A stretch of 63,917 nt of DNA, counting the filler, from Folioceros fuciformis (Eukaryota): NCBI GenBank assembly GCA_049999805.1. It is 14 parts of 14 records of this genome, joined end to end, with 100 filler letters (N's around TTAATTAATTAA, not from the genome) between each part and the next. Parts side by side here need not be neighbours in the genome. Positions count along the whole stretch, not along the records: positions 58,518 to 63,917 come from JBNGIO010003286.1; 13 more parts are not named here. One strand, 5' to 3'. How positions within the stretch are numbered: position 1 is the stretch's first letter; the number at the start of each line of letters is the position of its first letter. The notes beneath the pieces are model-generated. The model did no database searches. It was not told the DNA's origin and saw only the letters and a list, made by a program, of their open reading frames with translations. This document shows positions 59,859 to 63,917 of this stretch, piece after piece. The translations under genes were made by a program, and so were the position numbers.

Positions 59859-62089
59859 TTCGTCGGGGCGAGACCTGTCAGACCCTCCTCTGTCGTCATC
59901 TCCCGCAGATTCCTTCCAACTCCTGCGCTACTAAAAGCGGGACACTTGGTGGAGCCCCAACTTGCACTATTTGCAACTTGGCAAAGCCGCCCACTTCACT
60001 CCCTTGCTTGTCGAACGCGAACAGCCCCTCCTTTGTCCGGAATTCTACCTCGTGTACCCATTCCCGCAGTATATATGCATACATAATTGAGGTGGTCCAT
60101 GCGCTCCAGTGAAAAGCAACGGGGTAGAGATTGCGTCTTCCTCTGCCTCTGGTTCTGGATCACATCTAAAGTTTTTTCCTGTCTCACTCCCGGGAAAATA
60201 TCGTCGGCGGGCTCACGCCTGCGCCTTAAGGAAGGATTGCATCTTGTACTTACCAAGGAGGAACAGCGATTGCCTTGATATTGTATTGTTGAGGAATCAA
60301 AGCAAGTGGGAACGACCCATGAAATTCTTGCATGAGGTAGAGAGACCCATGGAAGTGCATCGGGGGAAGAAAGGCAAAGGAGGAATAGAACGCTCGTACT
60401 GGGAGCATAGTGATGGAAAAAACATGCATACTAGATTAGAGTAGACTAGACTAGACCGGACTAGTTGAGTAATTTGCAGGCCATCTCATCTCCTTGATTG
60501 TCACATTGTAGACGCCAGCCCAGCCATAGATGATCGAAAAGAGAGCTCAATTGCTCCTTGTTTGTGGAGTTACTTCCTGGTATGTGTGTTGTCAAGAAGA
60601 TGTTTCACGGATCGTTTTCTCACCATTTCCTTAAATGCGTAGGCAGAGTGGTAGACTGCATGGAGGTTGGAATGGGTGGGGAGGCCCACAAAGCCTCATG
60701 GTTGGTGGCGAAAGCAAGTCACATTTTCCTTCAAAAGCGGAGGATGTTGTACTCCAGTGCAAACCAGGGTGCCGAGTTTCAAGGACGGGGCAACCGGGAA
60801 TAATGCGTTTTGTATTTTAATGGCTAATATCAGAATGTCACACAAACACACATACCAACATACCAGCAACCCAAGAAAGATGCAACAGAAAGGAATCGGG
60901 AATCCAAGCGCTGATGAGAGGGCTTCAGCAGTTGAGATTGCAGGGCGACGGAAGACGGTTGAGATTGTGGGGAAGACATTGCAATCACGCTAGCAGTAGT
61001 AGGCCCGACGGTGAACAGAGAAGCAGCAGAAGCACGCACACATACACAAACACACACACGGGCCTGCAGAGCAGTGGGGGGCCGAGAGCAGAAAGCGGGG
61101 CATTGCATACCAGGCCAGATGCCATGTGTGTGACATCACTCAGATACACACAGCCGAGTGCTACAGGAGATGAACACGTACGCCAAGATAAGGTCTGGTG
61201 ATAATAACAACAGCAACTGTGTCCATACGTTTGAATTTCATGTCCGTAGCCAGACGGATTTATTTTACACGCTTCCGGTGTGGCACGAGGAATCCAGCGT
61301 ACCGCGACAGATGTACAATCCAGATAATACTTGGTTAGATATTGGTGATACTTGAGAACAAGCAGGTGCGGAGATGGCAGCTTTGCTGCAATATAGGAGA
61401 AGAGGAGGGTCCAAAGAGATGATAGTAAATGGATACGGGTGCCACATTCTGGCTCAACCTGCTGTTGCAGCCCACAGCTTAGAAGCCATGGCCCATTCAT
61501 GCTGCCTGGCAGGCACTGATGGGTGGGTGGGTACTATAGCGGCAGACCTGGCGCTAGCTAGTGTCATGGCTGGCTACAAGAAACCACAAGCATGACAGGA
61601 AAGGAGGAAGCAGAAGGCAGGTCCACAAATACGCTAGCTAGACAAATCAATCGACCTCACCTGGATGGACTCACAGCATCCAAGTGCGTTTACGCCAAAG
61701 GCTTAGTCTACATAAGGCGTCCACGGGCCCAACCCCGAGGAATCGTAGGGGGCTGGGTTCGGACAGCTTCAGCTGCGAGCTCACGGTACAAATGAAACGT
61801 CAGCAGAAGGCATAGATATCGGGTAATATACATCAGGACGCAGCTGGAGATTGAAAACCGTGGTAGCTGTAGGAGTCGTAGGAGTCGACTGACGGTGTAG
61901 ATGATAAGAAAAAGTCCATCCATCCATCCGTCCTCCGCAGATTCACCATGCCCAGCTATGAAGCCTTTGCCTCCAGGCTGGGCTTGCATAGAAAGAATAA
62001 TGTCGGAACATGCAATTCAGGTCGAGCTTGTCGGCAGCTTAGCCTAATAATCTTCAACATATAGCCTTTTCTCCTTCCACCAGGCCAGG

Positions 62090-63249
62090 CTACGCTCCCT
62101 GTGACGTTGCCATCGATCTACGAAGCCCGGATGAGATATTGGCAATGTAGGCCTCTCTGTACATCGAGCGGACAAGAGGGAGGCGAGAATTGTGTCAGGA
62201 CGTTGGTTCGCTCACACATGAACGTGGAACACGATGGGGAAGGTTGAGTTGGTGGCTGGCTGGCTCACCGGGCTTCCAATCTGTCGGCGTTGGCACCTCG
62301 CGCGATCTCCGTGTAGTTGGCTTCGATCTTGTCACTGGGTCTGTTCTTGTCGGTCCATGAGGGCACCTCGATGAAGAGCCTCAAGGCCTGCACGTCGATT
62401 TCTGAATCGTCAGAAACAGCCTTGGAGCAAGCTCACCACGATCATGCTCGCGAGAGAGAGGGAGCGAGGAAGAGAGAGAGGGGCGATGTCGGACCTTGAT
62501 GTACAAGGATTCGTCCAGCGTGAATCTGTGGTACATCCCGGGAGGGAGGATAATGAAGTCTCCCTTGGTGATCTTGAATCGAATCCACTGGTCATCGTAA
62601 TCCCGCACGTCGAAGTAGCCTGCAGCATCCAGGAGGAAACCCACCGAATCAATCCCACACGGCTGCAAGAATTCCTTGGCGTGCCGTCTCGGGGGATACG
62701 GTCTGCGGAGACGAGTGCTCACCGGTGCCTTCGAGCACGAATCTGATCTCCTCGCAGGCATGCAGATGCTCCACGAAGAAATGGCGCACTTTGTCCTCAA
62801 ACTTGTCGATGTGTCCTGGAGCGACAGTGGCGACGTCCTGCAACAGCACGCCACAATCCCATCAGGCGCTGGAAGGAGACACCCGGAAGCTCCGATGCTG
62901 CACAGCACGAATCTGACACTTCCAACGTACCCAGTGCTTGTACCCGCGCTCCTTTTTTATCCTCTCGAGCACCGGGTTGTCCAGATAAGTGTCTGCGTCC
63001 AGCTTCCAGATGAGAATTCCCAGCGCTGCACGAACGGGTGCCACGAAACCGCGTCAAGGACGAAAGCTTGGGCATAATCCCTGGCATTCCCGCTGCAAAT
63101 CTCATCCCCGAGATCCAAGCCTGCCCGGGAGGGGGAAAATCATCACCTTGCAAGTGCTCGGGAGAAACCGGCCGGTTGGGGCGGAATTGATGCCGGGTGG
63201 TCTGGTCCTCGCTCCCCTCGGGATTGTAGAACCACGCTTCGGTGTCAGC
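62090..63249 (-). CDS. ARD: Acireductone dioxygenase (methionine salvage, cupin); six identifiable exons, first coding exon unresolved (candidate ATG at 63380)
   Basis: Spliced peptides: [34 protein letters not shown] / [12 protein letters not shown]...ERGYKHW / DVATV...[19 protein letters not shown] / GYFDVRD...[12 protein letters not shown]...YIK / [11 protein letters not shown]...EAR / EAYIANISS...GA*. Introns are short and GT-AG. Confidence 0.9.
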
Positions 63250-63917
63250 CTGTTTCCAAGCACCCGGACATCAAATTCCGCACATTGGCAACCCGAAACC
63301 TCGGAACGCCACAGTTGCTTGCAGCCAAACCAAGCATAGCAAAGCAAAACTGAAGTCCCGGAAGCAACCCAGCGCTGCATTTCGGGTTCTGGAAGGCGGC
63401 AGGGCAGAAAAGCAACGGAGGAGAGCACAATCCATGCAACGAAGGCACACCCACCATCGGAATCTGCTCCATAGCTGGGGTCCCGAGGCGAGCTGCGCTG
63501 CAGCACAGCCTGACAAGCTCCTGATGGGCGGGGTGCAAACACGGACAACTCTCCAGGTGGGCGATGGCAGGACGACGAGGAAGGGGAAATCGGGAGAGGA
63601 GAGGAGCGGGATTTGGAAAGAGACAGAGGCGACGCTTCGCAGCAGACGTGGAGGGCTGTCAGAGCGTACTGGCTTCCCGAGGGGAGGGTAGAGCACGCCG
63701 CCTCTGGTCTACTCTGCTCTGCACTGCTCTGTGCTGCCTCTGAGTCCAGATGCGAGCACGAGGCGAGATATATAGAGTGGGCTGGTAGCTGGGCTTAGGA
63801 AGGAAGCTAGGCGCTGGCCTGGGAAGCGAAGAGCAGGCCTCGGGCGCTAAGAGCGAGCGAGAGGAGAGAGGCAGCAGAGCAGAGCAGTGGAGAGGAGAGC
63901 AGAGCAGAGCAGACTGG

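Noticed and set aside
58643-62000. Multiple short ORFs, for example 59896-60084 (minus) and 61158-61355 (plus)
   Set aside because: No recognisable domain and no consistent splice model could be built, and several ORFs are translated microsatellites. A gene here cannot be excluded.

Overview
Plant-like eukaryotic DNA built from 14 short contigs joined by 13 artificial 100-bp spacers (N44-TTAATTAATTAA-N44), so adjacency across spacers is unreliable. The short GT-AG introns and tRNA-iMet-primed LTR retroelements suggest a non-seed land plant, but this is inference. Most of the window is nested, decayed Ty1/copia and Ty3/gypsy retrotransposon sequence. Three host genes are recognisable: a catechol O-methyltransferase of the animal COMT type (13168-13980, minus), an intron-containing acireductone dioxygenase (62090-63249+, minus), and a 5'-truncated ORF (17518-18600, plus) ending in a true caspase (C14A-like) domain rather than a plant metacaspase. 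The stretch upstream of that domain resembles the C-terminal part of TORNADO1-like LRR-ROC-COR proteins. The second main observation is that several copia elements carry extra ORFs. These are small ORFs antisense to pol, between the pol stop and the PPT, in two families that are each conserved at protein level between two elements, plus sense non-Gag ORFs in the 5' leader.
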